Assembly: GCA_963797915.1 (NCBI GenBank)
Contig: CAWCRG010000017.1
Location: forward strand, 235,074 to 299,073
DNA length: 64,000 bases
Source: Candidatus Sericytochromatia bacterium
GTDB lineage: Bacteria; Cyanobacteriota; Sericytochromatia; UBA7694
Reading direction: 5' to 3'
Shown here: positions 53,612 through 63,573 of the stretch, one piece after another
Layout: each line of letters begins with the position of its first letter
Numbering within the stretch: position 1 is the stretch's first letter
The notes under the pieces: generated by a model
What the model was told of the DNA's origin: nothing
Databases searched by the model: none
What the model saw: the letters and a program-made list of their open reading frames with translations, nothing else
Made by a program: the position numbers and the translations under genes

Positions 53612-55057
53612 TTAACCTTCAATCAAAGCAAGCCATGGTGAAGCTCCTGAGCCTGTGCCCCCGGTCAGATCCGCCAGAGTGAGTCCTGCGTTTTCTATCT
53701 CTGCTTCGGTAATCGCGCCGCTATTGTGGGCCAAACGAAAATAGTTTAACAGTCCGCGACCGGTGGCTGCGTCATCAAAGACATCGCCACTCAGTGTGGC
53801 CTGGGCTGCTTTGGCCACAAAGTTTTGAAAACGTAGGGTGGCGTTTTTGAGTTCTCTTAAAAAGAAGTCATAGACGACGGCATAGCGGGTAATCAGCTGA
53901 GCGGGGTGAAGGTCCCAGCCCTGGTAATGACCGTGAGTCAGCGAGTGACGCACATGATCGCTATGTAAGGCCCAGGCTTTGTGAACGGCCTGGAGGTTTT
54001 CCTGGAGTTGGATTAAATTAAGGGTCTGATCTTTGTCTGCGCGGTGTACGGGTACCGGCATGATGTTGGTGGCACCATCGGAGAGCATGACGCCGGTGCC
54101 TGAAAAAGCCACCTGCATCATATGGCGTGAGAAGTCACAAGCCGGGTGATCCATGCTCTGGTAACGGGCAATAATATTGCAACTTGCGGTGTAGTCATAC
54201 GTGCCGAAGTGGGCGCCCCGACAGCGCCCTTTGGCCGCTGCGAGAAGTTGAGGCAACATCACCTGACCCTGTGCGTCGAGAATGGACTGGGTGGTTTCGA
54301 CCATAATCTCTAGCACAAGGCTCCCCGTGCTGAGATGGTGTTGAGACTCTAGCTTTTCGAGTAGCGAAACCAGACCGGCCACCTGGGTTGGGTGCGTCAC
54401 TTTAGGCAGGGTCACCACAAAATTGCCGGGCAGTTTATTGCCGGTGGCTTTTAAGAGGGCCGTGACAAAGACGTCCAGGGTGCGGGCAGAACGCTCAAAA
54501 AGCTGGCGGGTCCAGGGCTTAATCCGAATACCAATAAAGGGTGGAAGAATACCCTCAGCCATCCCTTTTGCGACTTCGTTTGCGGTGCGTATTGCGTCGG
54601 CATCCTCTTCTTCATCGGGTCGGTTGCCGTAGCCATCTTCGAAGTCAATGCGAAAATCCTCCACCGGCTCGCGTTGAAGCTTTTCTTTGACCCGTTCGTA
54701 AATCTTATGGGCCAGAAAGGCTTCTGGATTCAGCTGTTGTGCAGATTCGGGATGCTCGGTAATGGCTGTGGTGAGAGATTCAGATTGTTGCCAGTCTTCG
54801 GGAAGGTGCTGATGCATACTCAGTTGTGCTGCTTTGGCCAGATAAACAAAGTTTGGGGCATACTCTGTCAGCGATTTGAGGGCTAAAGTTCCCATCTTTT
54901 TTGCGGTGTCCGCTTTAAAAAGCTGGGCGCCACCATAGAGGGTTTGTACCGGCTGGCGTTGTACCACATCGGTATAACGGGTTTCAAAATCGTTCCAAAA
55001 GCGACTCAGTTGATGTTCAACAGCTTGAAAATCTTCGGGTTTAAGGGTACGTTCCAT
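53612..55057 (-). CDS. Hypothetical protein, possibly CitE/HpcH/malate-synthase-like TIM-barrel superfamily
   Basis: 481 aa cytoplasmic protein with a DFEDGYG motif reminiscent of the metal-binding DFEDS/A signature of the malate synthase / CitE superfamily. No other motif recognised. The stop overlaps the sfsA region (4 nt gap). Confidence 0.35.
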   Translation of the reverse strand: MERTLKPEDFQAVEHQLSRFWNDFETRYTDVVQRQPVQTLYGGAQLFKADTAKKMGTLALKSLTEYAPNFVYLAKAAQLSMHQHLPEDWQQSESLTTAITEHPESAQQLNPEAFLAHKIYERVKEKLQREPVEDFRIDFEDGYGNRPDEEEDADAIRTANEVAKGMAEGILPPFIGIRIKPWTRQLFERSARTLDVFVTALLKATGNKLPGNFVVTLPKVTHPTQVAGLVSLLEKLESQHHLSTGSLVLEIMVETTQSILDAQGQVMLPQLLAAAKGRCRGAHFGTYDYTASCNIIARYQSMDHPACDFSRHMMQVAFSGTGVMLSDGATNIMPVPVHRADKDQTLNLIQLQENLQAVHKAWALHSDHVRHSLTHGHYQGWDLHPAQLITRYAVVYDFFLRELKNATLRFQNFVAKAAQATLSGDVFDDAATGRGLLNYFRLAHNSGAITEAEIENAGLTLADLTGGTGSGASPWLALIEG

Positions 55058-55186
55058 GGGGCCACTCCAAATTGTACAGGGTAATTTTAATGCGTTATAA
55101 AACGCAAAAGCATTATAACAGCCTCTGCTTTAGGTGCTTCAAATACGCTTGTTGCGACAAAGTATACAGCTGCTACAATAGATACT

Positions 55187-56026
55187 ATGTCTGATTTAAA
55201 AGTCTTGAAACAACAATCGCGGCAGCAACTTGCTATCCCCACTGTTCTCTTGTTTGTGGGTGTGGTTTTTTTCTGGGGACTGGGCAGTACCCTATACCTT
55301 GCGGGTGTGGGGTCTGCTGTGACCGCTTTTTGTATTAATACGCTGGCCGCTTATGTCGGGTTCACGGTGTTGCATGAAGCAGCCCACGGAAATATTCGTG
55401 GGCGTGGTGGTTACTCTCGTCATTGGGAGGTGCTCATGGGGTGGATTGCCGGTGCTTTTTTAACGGTGCCTTTTAGCGTGTTCCGGCACCTGCACTTGAC
55501 CCATCACGCTTACACCAATCACCCCGAAAAAGATCCTGACTACTGGGTGGCCTCAGGCCACTGGTGGCTGGTATTGCTTAAAAGCATGAGCATTATATTG
55601 GCTTACTATTGGCATTTTGCACATTCGCTTTCGGGTCAACCCACAGCCCGAGAAAAGCGCTACCAGGCGCAAAGTATTGCCGGTTTTTCTTTTGTCTATT
55701 TGATGACCTTTCTTGGCGTCATGCTCGGGAAGGGGGTGATGGTCTTTGTGTTGTGGTGGGGCCCCGCACTGCTGGCCTCCGGGTTTTTAGCGCTGGGTTT
55801 TAACTGGCTGCCCCATCATGCCCATGATCACCAGACGAAATATCAACATACCCGCATTTTTTGTTTTCAGGGGATTAAAGGCCACGCACTTAGTGTGCTG
55901 TTATTGGCCCAAAACTATCATTTGATTCATCATTTGCATCCGGGTCTTCCGTTTTATCAATATAAACACGTGTTTGGACTGCTTCGCCCAGAATTAGAGC
56001 AGGCGGGAAGCCGTTTGATTGAGTAG
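55187..56026 (+). CDS. Membrane fatty-acid-desaturase-superfamily di-iron enzyme (CrtW/beta-carotene ketolase-like His boxes)
   Basis: Three His boxes, HEAAHG, HLTHHAYTNHPEKDPD and HLIHHLHP, across four TM segments. Confidence 0.55.
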   Translation: MSDLKVLKQQSRQQLAIPTVLLFVGVVFFWGLGSTLYLAGVGSAVTAFCINTLAAYVGFTVLHEAAHGNIRGRGGYSRHWEVLMGWIAGAFLTVPFSVFRHLHLTHHAYTNHPEKDPDYWVASGHWWLVLLKSMSIILAYYWHFAHSLSGQPTAREKRYQAQSIAGFSFVYLMTFLGVMLGKGVMVFVLWWGPALLASGFLALGFNWLPHHAHDHQTKYQHTRIFCFQGIKGHALSVLLLAQNYHLIHHLHPGLPFYQYKHVFGLLRPELEQAGSRLIE

Positions 56027-56123
56027 CGTTTTGCGGCGACCTTAGCCCACTCATTGATGCCATACCCTAAAATCAGTTAAACTTTGAATAAAAATCTACG
56101 GATGAATGTAAGAGAATTTAAAA

Positions 56124-56381
56124 ATGTCTGCCAAAATTGAAGTGTACTCTACGAATTATTGTCCCTATTGCCGTGCCGCCGAACGCCTGCTTGATGCCAA
56201 AGCGGTATCGTATCAGGTGATTGATGTCACGCAAGATCAAGCCAAAAGACAATGGCTTGTGCAAACCAGTGGCCAAACGACGGTTCCCCAGGTCTTTATT
56301 AACGATCAACCGGTGGGTGGTTTTACCGACTTACAAGCTCTGGATCGTGCCGGAAAACTAGACGAGATGCTAAACGCCTGA
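56124..56381 (+). CDS. grxC: Glutaredoxin 3
   Basis: CPYC active site (YSTNYCPYCRAAERLL) and the TVPQVFI / GGF motifs. The protein is 85 aa. Confidence 0.85.
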   Translation: MSAKIEVYSTNYCPYCRAAERLLDAKAVSYQVIDVTQDQAKRQWLVQTSGQTTVPQVFINDQPVGGFTDLQALDRAGKLDEMLNA

Positions 56382-56455
56382 GGGTGCTCTCGGTTCTGGA
56401 ATGAGATCCGGTATACTACCCCTCAATACTCTAAAATGACGCAGGAAACATCGCT

Positions 56456-57976
56456 ATGCAAAATGCGACCAATAACACCGCCCCTACTCATACTTCTCCC
56501 CAGACTACGACGCATATCATGAAAGGGCTTCAGCACACTGAGGCGGACACCGTTCATCATGCTCAGGAAGAAACTCATGCGAGCACGAGTCATGACACGG
56601 GACACCACGGTAACTTAGCCTACTGGCAAAATATGAGCACCGGCCCTCTTTTACTCAATATCTTGCCCTTTGTGGGCTTGCTGCTCATGATTGCGATTTT
56701 GCCTCTGATTCCCAAAGTGGATCACTGGTGGCATCAAAATAAAAACAAGCTTATGGTCGCTGGCGTTTGCGCCGTGGCTGGCGTGGCTTTTTATCTCTTT
56801 CCCACCGGCGATTGGCATAAGGTATTACACACTTATGTAGAATACGCAGCCTTTATTGCTTTACTGGCCTCTCTGTTTATTATCAGTGGAGGCATTTACA
56901 TTACCGGGCCTTTTGCCGGTTTCCCCCACGTCAACACCATGTTCCTGGCGCTTGGGGCCGTTCTTGCGAACCTCATGGGCACCACCGGTGCCAGCATGCT
57001 GCTGATTCGTCCGCTCATTACCGCCAATAAACCCCGTAAGCACAAAACGCACTTAATGGTTTTCTTTATTTTTATTGTGGCCAATTGCGGGGGCCTGCTC
57101 ACACCCCTCGGTGATCCACCGCTTTATATGGGCTTTTTGAGAGGGGTACCTTTTGAGTGGACCCTTCGTTTGCTCCCCGAATGGTTTGTGATGGTGGGCA
57201 TGCTGCTCCTCGTTTTTCTGGTGCTAGACACTTTTCTGTTTACCCGTGAAGAACTCGAAACCAAAGAGTCTTTGACGCATATTGTACAGTCCGGTGCTGA
57301 AGGTAAAAAACTCAAAATTGAGGGTGCACGCAATCTGGGTTTTCTCGGACTGGTGGTGGGGGTTATTCTAACTTCGGGTTATCTGGTTCACCCGCTTTTA
57401 AAAGCCAATTATGGTCTGTCTAACGCCGATCTTGGCGCGCAAATGTTCCAGGTGGTGGCTTTGATCCTGATTACTGCAGTCTCTTACTTTACAACGCCCA
57501 CCCGTATTCGGGAGGCCAACGCCTTTTCTTTTGAGCCCATTTTAGAAGTGGCCTGTATCTTTGTGGGTATCTTTGGTGCCATGATTCCAGCACTCACAAT
57601 TCTAGAGGCCAAAGGCTCTTTGCTGCCGCTGAAGACAGCGTGGCAATACTTCTGGGTGACTGGCGGTTTAAGCGGCTTCTTAGATAATGCCCCGACCTAC
57701 CTTACTTTTGTGACCCTGGCCGCCAGTAAAAACGGTGTGCCCACTGCACCGCTGACCGAATTTACCGCACAGTTTCCTGAATTATTAGCGGCAATTTCTA
57801 CCGGGGCTGTTTTTATGGGGGCTTTAACCTATATTGGTAATGGCCCCAACTTCATGGTCAAAACCATTGCTGAGCACTCCAATATTAAAATGCCCAGTTT
57901 TGGTGGCTATATTTTATGGTCCTTTAGTATTTTGCTTCCTTTGCTGGTTGTGATCACCTTTCTTAACTTTTTATGA
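56456..57976 (+). CDS. Polytopic permease, ArsB/NhaD-like ion transporter superfamily (putative)
   Basis: His/Thr-rich cytoplasmic N-terminus, then ~11 TM helices with internal repeat symmetry. The call rests on topology and length only. Confidence 0.4.
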   Translation: MQNATNNTAPTHTSPQTTTHIMKGLQHTEADTVHHAQEETHASTSHDTGHHGNLAYWQNMSTGPLLLNILPFVGLLLMIAILPLIPKVDHWWHQNKNKLMVAGVCAVAGVAFYLFPTGDWHKVLHTYVEYAAFIALLASLFIISGGIYITGPFAGFPHVNTMFLALGAVLANLMGTTGASMLLIRPLITANKPRKHKTHLMVFFIFIVANCGGLLTPLGDPPLYMGFLRGVPFEWTLRLLPEWFVMVGMLLLVFLVLDTFLFTREELETKESLTHIVQSGAEGKKLKIEGARNLGFLGLVVGVILTSGYLVHPLLKANYGLSNADLGAQMFQVVALILITAVSYFTTPTRIREANAFSFEPILEVACIFVGIFGAMIPALTILEAKGSLLPLKTAWQYFWVTGGLSGFLDNAPTYLTFVTLAASKNGVPTAPLTEFTAQFPELLAAISTGAVFMGALTYIGNGPNFMVKTIAEHSNIKMPSFGGYILWSFSILLPLLVVITFLNFL

Positions 57977-58000
57977 TGTTTCAGGTTCTATAATGGAGTT

Positions 58001-59827
58001 ATGTTAAACACCAAATATCGAATTTATCCTGAACACGAGCATGAATTTTCTGTCCGCTCTCGCAAACGTCGATTGCAGCAACTGGCGCGTCACCCTGAGG
58101 TGTTCGACCTGGTCATTGTGGGCGGCGGTATTGTGGGGGCAGGCCTGGCTCAGGAGGCAGTAGCTGCTGGTTTAAAAGTAGCGCTGATAGAGAAAGGCGA
58201 CTTTGCCAGTGGCACGAGCAGCAAGTCTTCAAAGCTTTTACACGGGGGATTGCGTTATCTTGAACACTACGAGTTTGGTCTGGTGTTTGAGGCGCTAAGC
58301 GCTCGCAACGCACTGTTTGACCGGTTTCCCCATTTGGCTAAAAAAGTGCCCTTTTTAATGCCGGTATATAAGCGTTACGAGGAGAAGGCCTGGTTTATTA
58401 ACCTCGGCTGTTGGCTTTATGATGCTTTTTCCTGGTTATCGAGCCCCGGGCATACCCGCTTGCATCGCTATATTAACCGCCGTAAACTAAAGGCCCTTGA
58501 ACCGCGTATTCAGCAGGAGGGTTTTGAAGGCGGGCTTCAGTTTTTTGATGCCGCCTGCGACGATGCCCGCCTGGTGATTGAGACGTTAAAAACAGCTCAT
58601 GCTGCTGGTGCTGATGTGTTTAACTATTTGAGCGTTACCGGGTTTGAACAGCGCGGAGACCGCACCGATACGGTGCACGTTTATGACCATGTCGGTGAGC
58701 AAGAGCTCACCCTATCTGCTCGCTACGTGGTCAACGCCACCGGGCCATGGGCCGATCATCTTAATCGTTTGGCGAATCCCGAAGAACCTTCGTATTTACG
58801 CCCTTCTAAAGGGGTGCATATTATTATTCCTCGGGTGACCGAGATTGCGCGCGCTGTCATGTTAAAAAGCGTTCCCGATGCCAGCGGAAAACAGCGCTGG
58901 ATGTTTATTATTCCCTATGACGCGTACTCGTTGGTGGGCACTACCGATACCGACTATGAGGGAGACACGCGCTCTGATTACCTCGACCACGATAACTATG
59001 CCAGCTCAGAAGATGTTGACTATCTGTTGGCGTCGGTGAATGCGGTGTATCCCGAATCAAACGTATCGCGGGACGATGTCGTGAGCTCTTTTGGTGGATG
59101 GCGCCCTCTGGTGAGCCCGCCGGGTAAGTCTGGTTTGCATGAGTCGGACCTCTCACGAGACCACGAAATTTTTGACACCACCACGGGCATTGTCATGCTA
59201 GCCGGTGGAAAACTGACCACCTACCTGTATATGGCACAGGACTTGCTCAGTTATCTGCGTAAAAAAGACGCTCACCTCTTTAAAGGAGCAAAAAGATCGC
59301 TACAGCCCTTGTGTAATTTGCATGAGGCCAATAGCGAGGCCGAATTAATGGAGCAAAATGCCTTTGTACTCCAGGCGTTCCCAGAAGCGTGGCGATTGCG
59401 TTTATTGCAGCGCTATGGCTCTGAAGTGGCAACGCTGGCTAAACTATTGCCCCTGTTTGCTGAGGGACAGGGATTAAAGCCTGTGGCTGGACTGTCTGAA
59501 GATATTCCCTTGTTGTATGTGGAGCTGGTCTATAGTATTTTGTGGGAGCAGTGCGTGCATTTGAATGACTTCATGTTGCGCCGCCAGCGGGTACTCTTAA
59601 AAGAACGTCATCAGGGAGCGAAAGCGGCGAAGCCGCTGGCAGAAGCGATGGCCTCAGTCTTAAGCTTGTTACACGCTGATTCAAAAGCCGAGCATGCCGA
59701 TTGGGTGCGCACAGAAATGGCAGCTTTTGAAGCTGAGCTGGCGCGCACCAATGCCTGGCAAAGCGAGTCTGAGGCACCTGCGTCTTCCGGGCTTTCTGAA
59801 ACATCGGCTGAGCCGGTATCTATTTAG
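58001..59827 (+). CDS. glpD: FAD-dependent glycerol-3-phosphate dehydrogenase
   Basis: N-terminal FAD motif DLVIVGGGIVGAG and the SGTSSKSSKLLHGGLRYLE motif. The C-terminal extension is acidic, and the protein is 608 aa. Confidence 0.8.
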   Translation: MLNTKYRIYPEHEHEFSVRSRKRRLQQLARHPEVFDLVIVGGGIVGAGLAQEAVAAGLKVALIEKGDFASGTSSKSSKLLHGGLRYLEHYEFGLVFEALSARNALFDRFPHLAKKVPFLMPVYKRYEEKAWFINLGCWLYDAFSWLSSPGHTRLHRYINRRKLKALEPRIQQEGFEGGLQFFDAACDDARLVIETLKTAHAAGADVFNYLSVTGFEQRGDRTDTVHVYDHVGEQELTLSARYVVNATGPWADHLNRLANPEEPSYLRPSKGVHIIIPRVTEIARAVMLKSVPDASGKQRWMFIIPYDAYSLVGTTDTDYEGDTRSDYLDHDNYASSEDVDYLLASVNAVYPESNVSRDDVVSSFGGWRPLVSPPGKSGLHESDLSRDHEIFDTTTGIVMLAGGKLTTYLYMAQDLLSYLRKKDAHLFKGAKRSLQPLCNLHEANSEAELMEQNAFVLQAFPEAWRLRLLQRYGSEVATLAKLLPLFAEGQGLKPVAGLSEDIPLLYVELVYSILWEQCVHLNDFMLRRQRVLLKERHQGAKAAKPLAEAMASVLSLLHADSKAEHADWVRTEMAAFEAELARTNAWQSESEAPASSGLSETSAEPVSI

Positions 59828-59882
59828 CCGCTTGAGTTAGTCGCTTTAGCCTCTGTGCCTCTGTGATGCTTTCTATCTTTTA

Positions 59883-61202
59883 CTAGCGCCAGGTTTCCTG
59901 GGTGTTGACTTGCCCCATACTGGCGTACTCAAAGCCCAGGCGCTCCATTTTTATGGGGTCAAAAATATTGCGCCCGTCGATAATAATCGGCTGGCGTAGG
60001 TTTTGCTTTAGCTTAGGCAAGTGCAGGTAAGTAAACTCGTTCCACTCCGTTAAAAAAAGTGCGGCGTCAGCATTTTCACAGGCCTGATACGGATCCTTCG
60101 CATAATCGAGTTGTTCACCAAAAATCTGGCGTACGTGTTTCATGGCCACGGGGTCATAAACGCACAGACTGGCTCCTTTTTTTAGTAGCGCTTCAATGAT
60201 CGCCAGTGAAGGGGCCTCACGAATATCGTCGGTGTTGGGTTTAAACGACAGCCCCAGAATCGCCAGGTGTTTATGGGAGAGATCCCCCACGTGGGTTTCA
60301 ACTTTGTGGAGAAAGCGTTGTTGCTGTTGTTGATTAATCTCTTGTACGGCCTTGAGCAACTCAAAATCGTAACCCAGGGATTCGGCAATATTAATAAAAC
60401 CTGAAACATCTTTGGGGAAGCAGCTTCCGCCATAGCCTATGCCCGCGTTTAAAAAAGCCTGTCCGATGCGATGGTCGAGTCCAATGCCGCGGGTCACCTT
60501 GTTAATGTCCGCACCCGCAGCATCGCAAATGGCAGAGAGCGCGTTGGCATAAGAGATTTTCATGGCGAGAAAAGCGTTGCTGGCGTGCTTAATCAACTCA
60601 GCGCTGTTAATATCGGTGATCAACAGTGGCGCGTTGAGAGGTGCATAAAGCTGTACCAGTAATGACATGGCTTTTTCACTTTTGACGCCCAGGACAATGC
60701 GGTCGGGTTTCATAAAGTCAGCGATCGCTCGGCCCTCACTCAAAAACTCGGGGTTTGAAGCCAGATCAAAGGGAATGTCTACGCCTTTGAGGTGCTTTTG
60801 AGCAAGAAGCTCTAAAGACTCGGCAGTTTTGACGGGGACGGTACTTTTTTCTACAATGAGTTTATAACTGCTCATATGGGACGCAATTTCGCTAATGACC
60901 TTCTCAAGCGCGCTCAGATCGACGCCGCCACCGGGCAAAGGAGGCGTGCCCACGCAAATAAAGAGAATATCGGCAAAGTCTACGCCTTCAGCAATCGACG
61001 TCGAGAAACGCAAGCGACCTGCGCTTGTATTGGTATGCACGAGCCCTTCTAATTCGGGCTCGTAAATGGGCACAACACCGGATTCGAGTTGGGCTATTTT
61101 TTCGGGGTTATTATCAACGCACATGACGTCATGGCCCAGCTCGGCAAAGCAAGCACCACTCACCAGTCCCACATACCCCGAACCCATAATGGCTAATCGC
61201 AT
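59883..61202 (-). CDS. ugd: UDP-glucose 6-dehydrogenase
   Basis: N-terminal GSGYVG Rossmann motif and a catalytic Cys region (GGSCFPKD). The protein is 439 aa. Confidence 0.85.
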   Translation of the reverse strand: MRLAIMGSGYVGLVSGACFAELGHDVMCVDNNPEKIAQLESGVVPIYEPELEGLVHTNTSAGRLRFSTSIAEGVDFADILFICVGTPPLPGGGVDLSALEKVISEIASHMSSYKLIVEKSTVPVKTAESLELLAQKHLKGVDIPFDLASNPEFLSEGRAIADFMKPDRIVLGVKSEKAMSLLVQLYAPLNAPLLITDINSAELIKHASNAFLAMKISYANALSAICDAAGADINKVTRGIGLDHRIGQAFLNAGIGYGGSCFPKDVSGFINIAESLGYDFELLKAVQEINQQQQQRFLHKVETHVGDLSHKHLAILGLSFKPNTDDIREAPSLAIIEALLKKGASLCVYDPVAMKHVRQIFGEQLDYAKDPYQACENADAALFLTEWNEFTYLHLPKLKQNLRQPIIIDGRNIFDPIKMERLGFEYASMGQVNTQETWR

Positions 61203-62164
61203 GCTAAGCGCTTCTCAAAGTCTTTGACCGTTTCCAGGAGTCCGTCCCGCAGATGAATTTCAGGCTCCCATCCCAGAAGATCTTTAATTTTAGAGATATC
61301 CGGTCGTCGGCGGACGGGGTCGTCCTCACGGGGAGAGGGAATGGCTTTGAGTTTGACGGGTTTACCCACAATTTCCCAGAGGCTTGTGGCCAGGACCTCG
61401 ACGGTAAACTCCTGGGGATTGCCAATATTGAAGGTCTCTCCATTGGTTTTTTCTGAATGCATCAAGTGGGAGAGTCCGCGTACGAGGTCGTCGACATGAC
61501 AAAAGCTGCGGGTTTGCTGACCGCCACCATGTAAGAGCATGGGCTCGTTTTCTACTGCAGCCTTAATAAAAGCAGGAACCACGCGACCGTCATTAATACG
61601 CATGCGTGGCCCATAGGTGTTGAAAATGCGGGCGATGACATAATTCACCTGGTGCAGACGGGCGTAATGGGTAATTAAGGCTTCGCCAAATCGCTTACTT
61701 TCGTCGTAGCAGCTGCGGGGGCCTGAAGGGTTAACGTTTCCCCAGTAGGTTTCTTTTTGGGGATGCACCAGCGGATCGCCATACACCTCTGATGTCGAAG
61801 AGAATAAAAGTTTAGCACCGTGAGCTTTGGCCAGCTTAAGCAGGTTTTCGGTGCCCTTGCTGTTAACGTCTAAGATTTCCAGCGCCAGGCCATCAAAGTC
61901 GTCGGGGCTCGCAGGAGATGCCAAATGATAAATAAAGTTGAGGGGTTGGGTGATGTTTTCGAGGGGTTCACAAATATCATGGCGATAATGGCTGAAGTGA
62001 GGGTGATTATACAGGGCTTCCAGATTCCTGGCGGAGCCGGTGCTAAAGTTATCGACAGCAATAACCTCTACACCGTTTTCCAAAAGGTAGCGACATAGCG
62101 CAGACCCTATCAATCCAGCGGCACCCGCCACGAGTGCTCTGGGGGTATGAACGGGTTTTGTCAT
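61193..62164 (-). CDS. UDP-glucuronate decarboxylase (UDP-xylose synthase-like SDR)
   Basis: The GAAGLIGS motif, DNFSTG, YDESKRFGE (YxxxK) and overall similarity to UXS / ArnA decarboxylase domains. The start overlaps the ugd stop by 10 nt. Confidence 0.75.
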   Translation of the reverse strand: MTKPVHTPRALVAGAAGLIGSALCRYLLENGVEVIAVDNFSTGSARNLEALYNHPHFSHYRHDICEPLENITQPLNFIYHLASPASPDDFDGLALEILDVNSKGTENLLKLAKAHGAKLLFSSTSEVYGDPLVHPQKETYWGNVNPSGPRSCYDESKRFGEALITHYARLHQVNYVIARIFNTYGPRMRINDGRVVPAFIKAAVENEPMLLHGGGQQTRSFCHVDDLVRGLSHLMHSEKTNGETFNIGNPQEFTVEVLATSLWEIVGKPVKLKAIPSPREDDPVRRRPDISKIKDLLGWEPEIHLRDGLLETVKDFEKRLACD

Positions 62165-62170
62165 TTAAGG

Positions 62171-62591
62171 TTACCAGCTTCCCTGGTTTTTCATGGTGCT
62201 CCAGGGCGCCTGAGGAGGCAGGGAGGCTCCGATTTGTAAGAGCTCTACCGAGGCCCCGTCGGGAGACTGAACAAAAGCCATATGGCCGTCTCTGGGCGGT
62301 CTTAAAATAGCGATGCCCGCTGATTGTAGGGTTGAGCAGGTGTCGTAAATATTTTCAACCCCAAAGGCCAGGTGGCCAAAGAAGCGCCCCGTGTCGTAGG
62401 GTTCTGTATTGTCCCAGTTATGGGTAAGCTCTAAAATAGGCTCCTCAGGGGTTGGGCCTAGAAACACCAGGGTGAAGCGACCTGTATGTGCTTTCTTTGC
62501 GGCTAATTTCTACAAGGCCCAGGTTTTTGACATAGAAGTCGAGGGCTGCGTCCAGGTCTTTAACGCGCAGCATGGTGTGTAAATACTTCAA
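62171..62591 (-). pseudogene. gloA: Lactoylglutathione lyase (glyoxalase I), single-base frameshift near 62478
   Basis: The N-terminal half ([33 protein letters not shown]) and the C-terminal half ([22 protein letters not shown]...[10 protein letters not shown]) are both recognisable as GloA but lie in different frames, with 4 nt where 3 are expected. A possible TTG start overlaps the phaR stop (TTGA). Confidence 0.6.
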
Positions 62592-63175
62592 GCCGAAGGT
62601 CCTTTGGTATTTTGGGTATCTTTAAGCTCTGCCTGGAGTGCAGCAATTTTTGCTTCCAAATCTTGAATGCGCTCCGCTTTGGATTGTGGTACTTCATCTT
62701 CGTCGGGGTGGGCTACTTTATCGACCACTTTATGAATGTTTTTGCTGCTACGGGTCATGAGCTCTTTCACGAAGCGGGCGCGCTGATCTTCTGAGAGTTC
62801 CCCGCGTTTGATGAGCTCATTGACCAATTCATCGAGTTTTTCGCGGGTCATTGAAGCCAGGCCAATTCCCCCCAGTAAAAACTTTTTAATAATGCTCTCC
62901 ATATTTTGGCCTTCCTGGATGAGCCCTTGAAGTACAAATTTGTTAAACATCAGTTGTTTGGTTTCAACATTTTCTTGCAAGAAAATTTGTCCAAGAATTT
63001 TGGGGGTAATATCTTTGCCTTTGCTATCGACCACCTGAACCTCTTCGCCGGCGCGAATGAATTCGGCGATCTCGCCTAAATTTACCGTTTTACTGGTCTG
63101 GGTATCATAGAGTTTACGGTTGTCGTAGCGTTTGATTACGCGCATAATATTTTCCTTTGAACTTTGCATCTTCAT
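62588..63175 (-). CDS. phaR: Polyhydroxyalkanoate synthesis repressor PhaR
   Basis: N-terminal PHB_acc_N DNA-binding motif (IKRYDNRKLYDT...VNLGEIAEFIRAGEEVQVVD) and a C-terminal coiled-coil / PHA-granule binding region. Confidence 0.8.
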   Translation of the reverse strand: MKMQSSKENIMRVIKRYDNRKLYDTQTSKTVNLGEIAEFIRAGEEVQVVDSKGKDITPKILGQIFLQENVETKQLMFNKFVLQGLIQEGQNMESIIKKFLLGGIGLASMTREKLDELVNELIKRGELSEDQRARFVKELMTRSSKNIHKVVDKVAHPDEDEVPQSKAERIQDLEAKIAALQAELKDTQNTKGPSA

Positions 63176-63573
63176 ATTTCAGAATAGCACAAAAAAAATA
63201 CCGCTTTTCTCAAACCTGGATCGTCTGAAAAAAGCGGTATTTTATCGACATCTTGTCGGGCTTTTGGCCTTTGCCGCTTAGCGGGCAAACTGCTGGGGAT
63301 AAATCCCTTATTTTATGGCGTAAAGCGAGACAACTTTAATAAACGGGTCAATTAACGAATAATTACTAATTAGGGTTTTTATTCCCTCTCAGATCGTCGC
63401 TCAACCTCCTCTATTGATGTCTGATCTGATTATAGTTGCTGGTGTTTTTTTTTACAAGCCCCGGGATATTAAATTTGATACTTTTTTTGTGTTAACTTGA
63501 GCCTAAGAAGGCGACCGAAGGTGGCGTTATAGTACACTATGAATACATATTTCTTTAAAACAAGAGGTGAACG

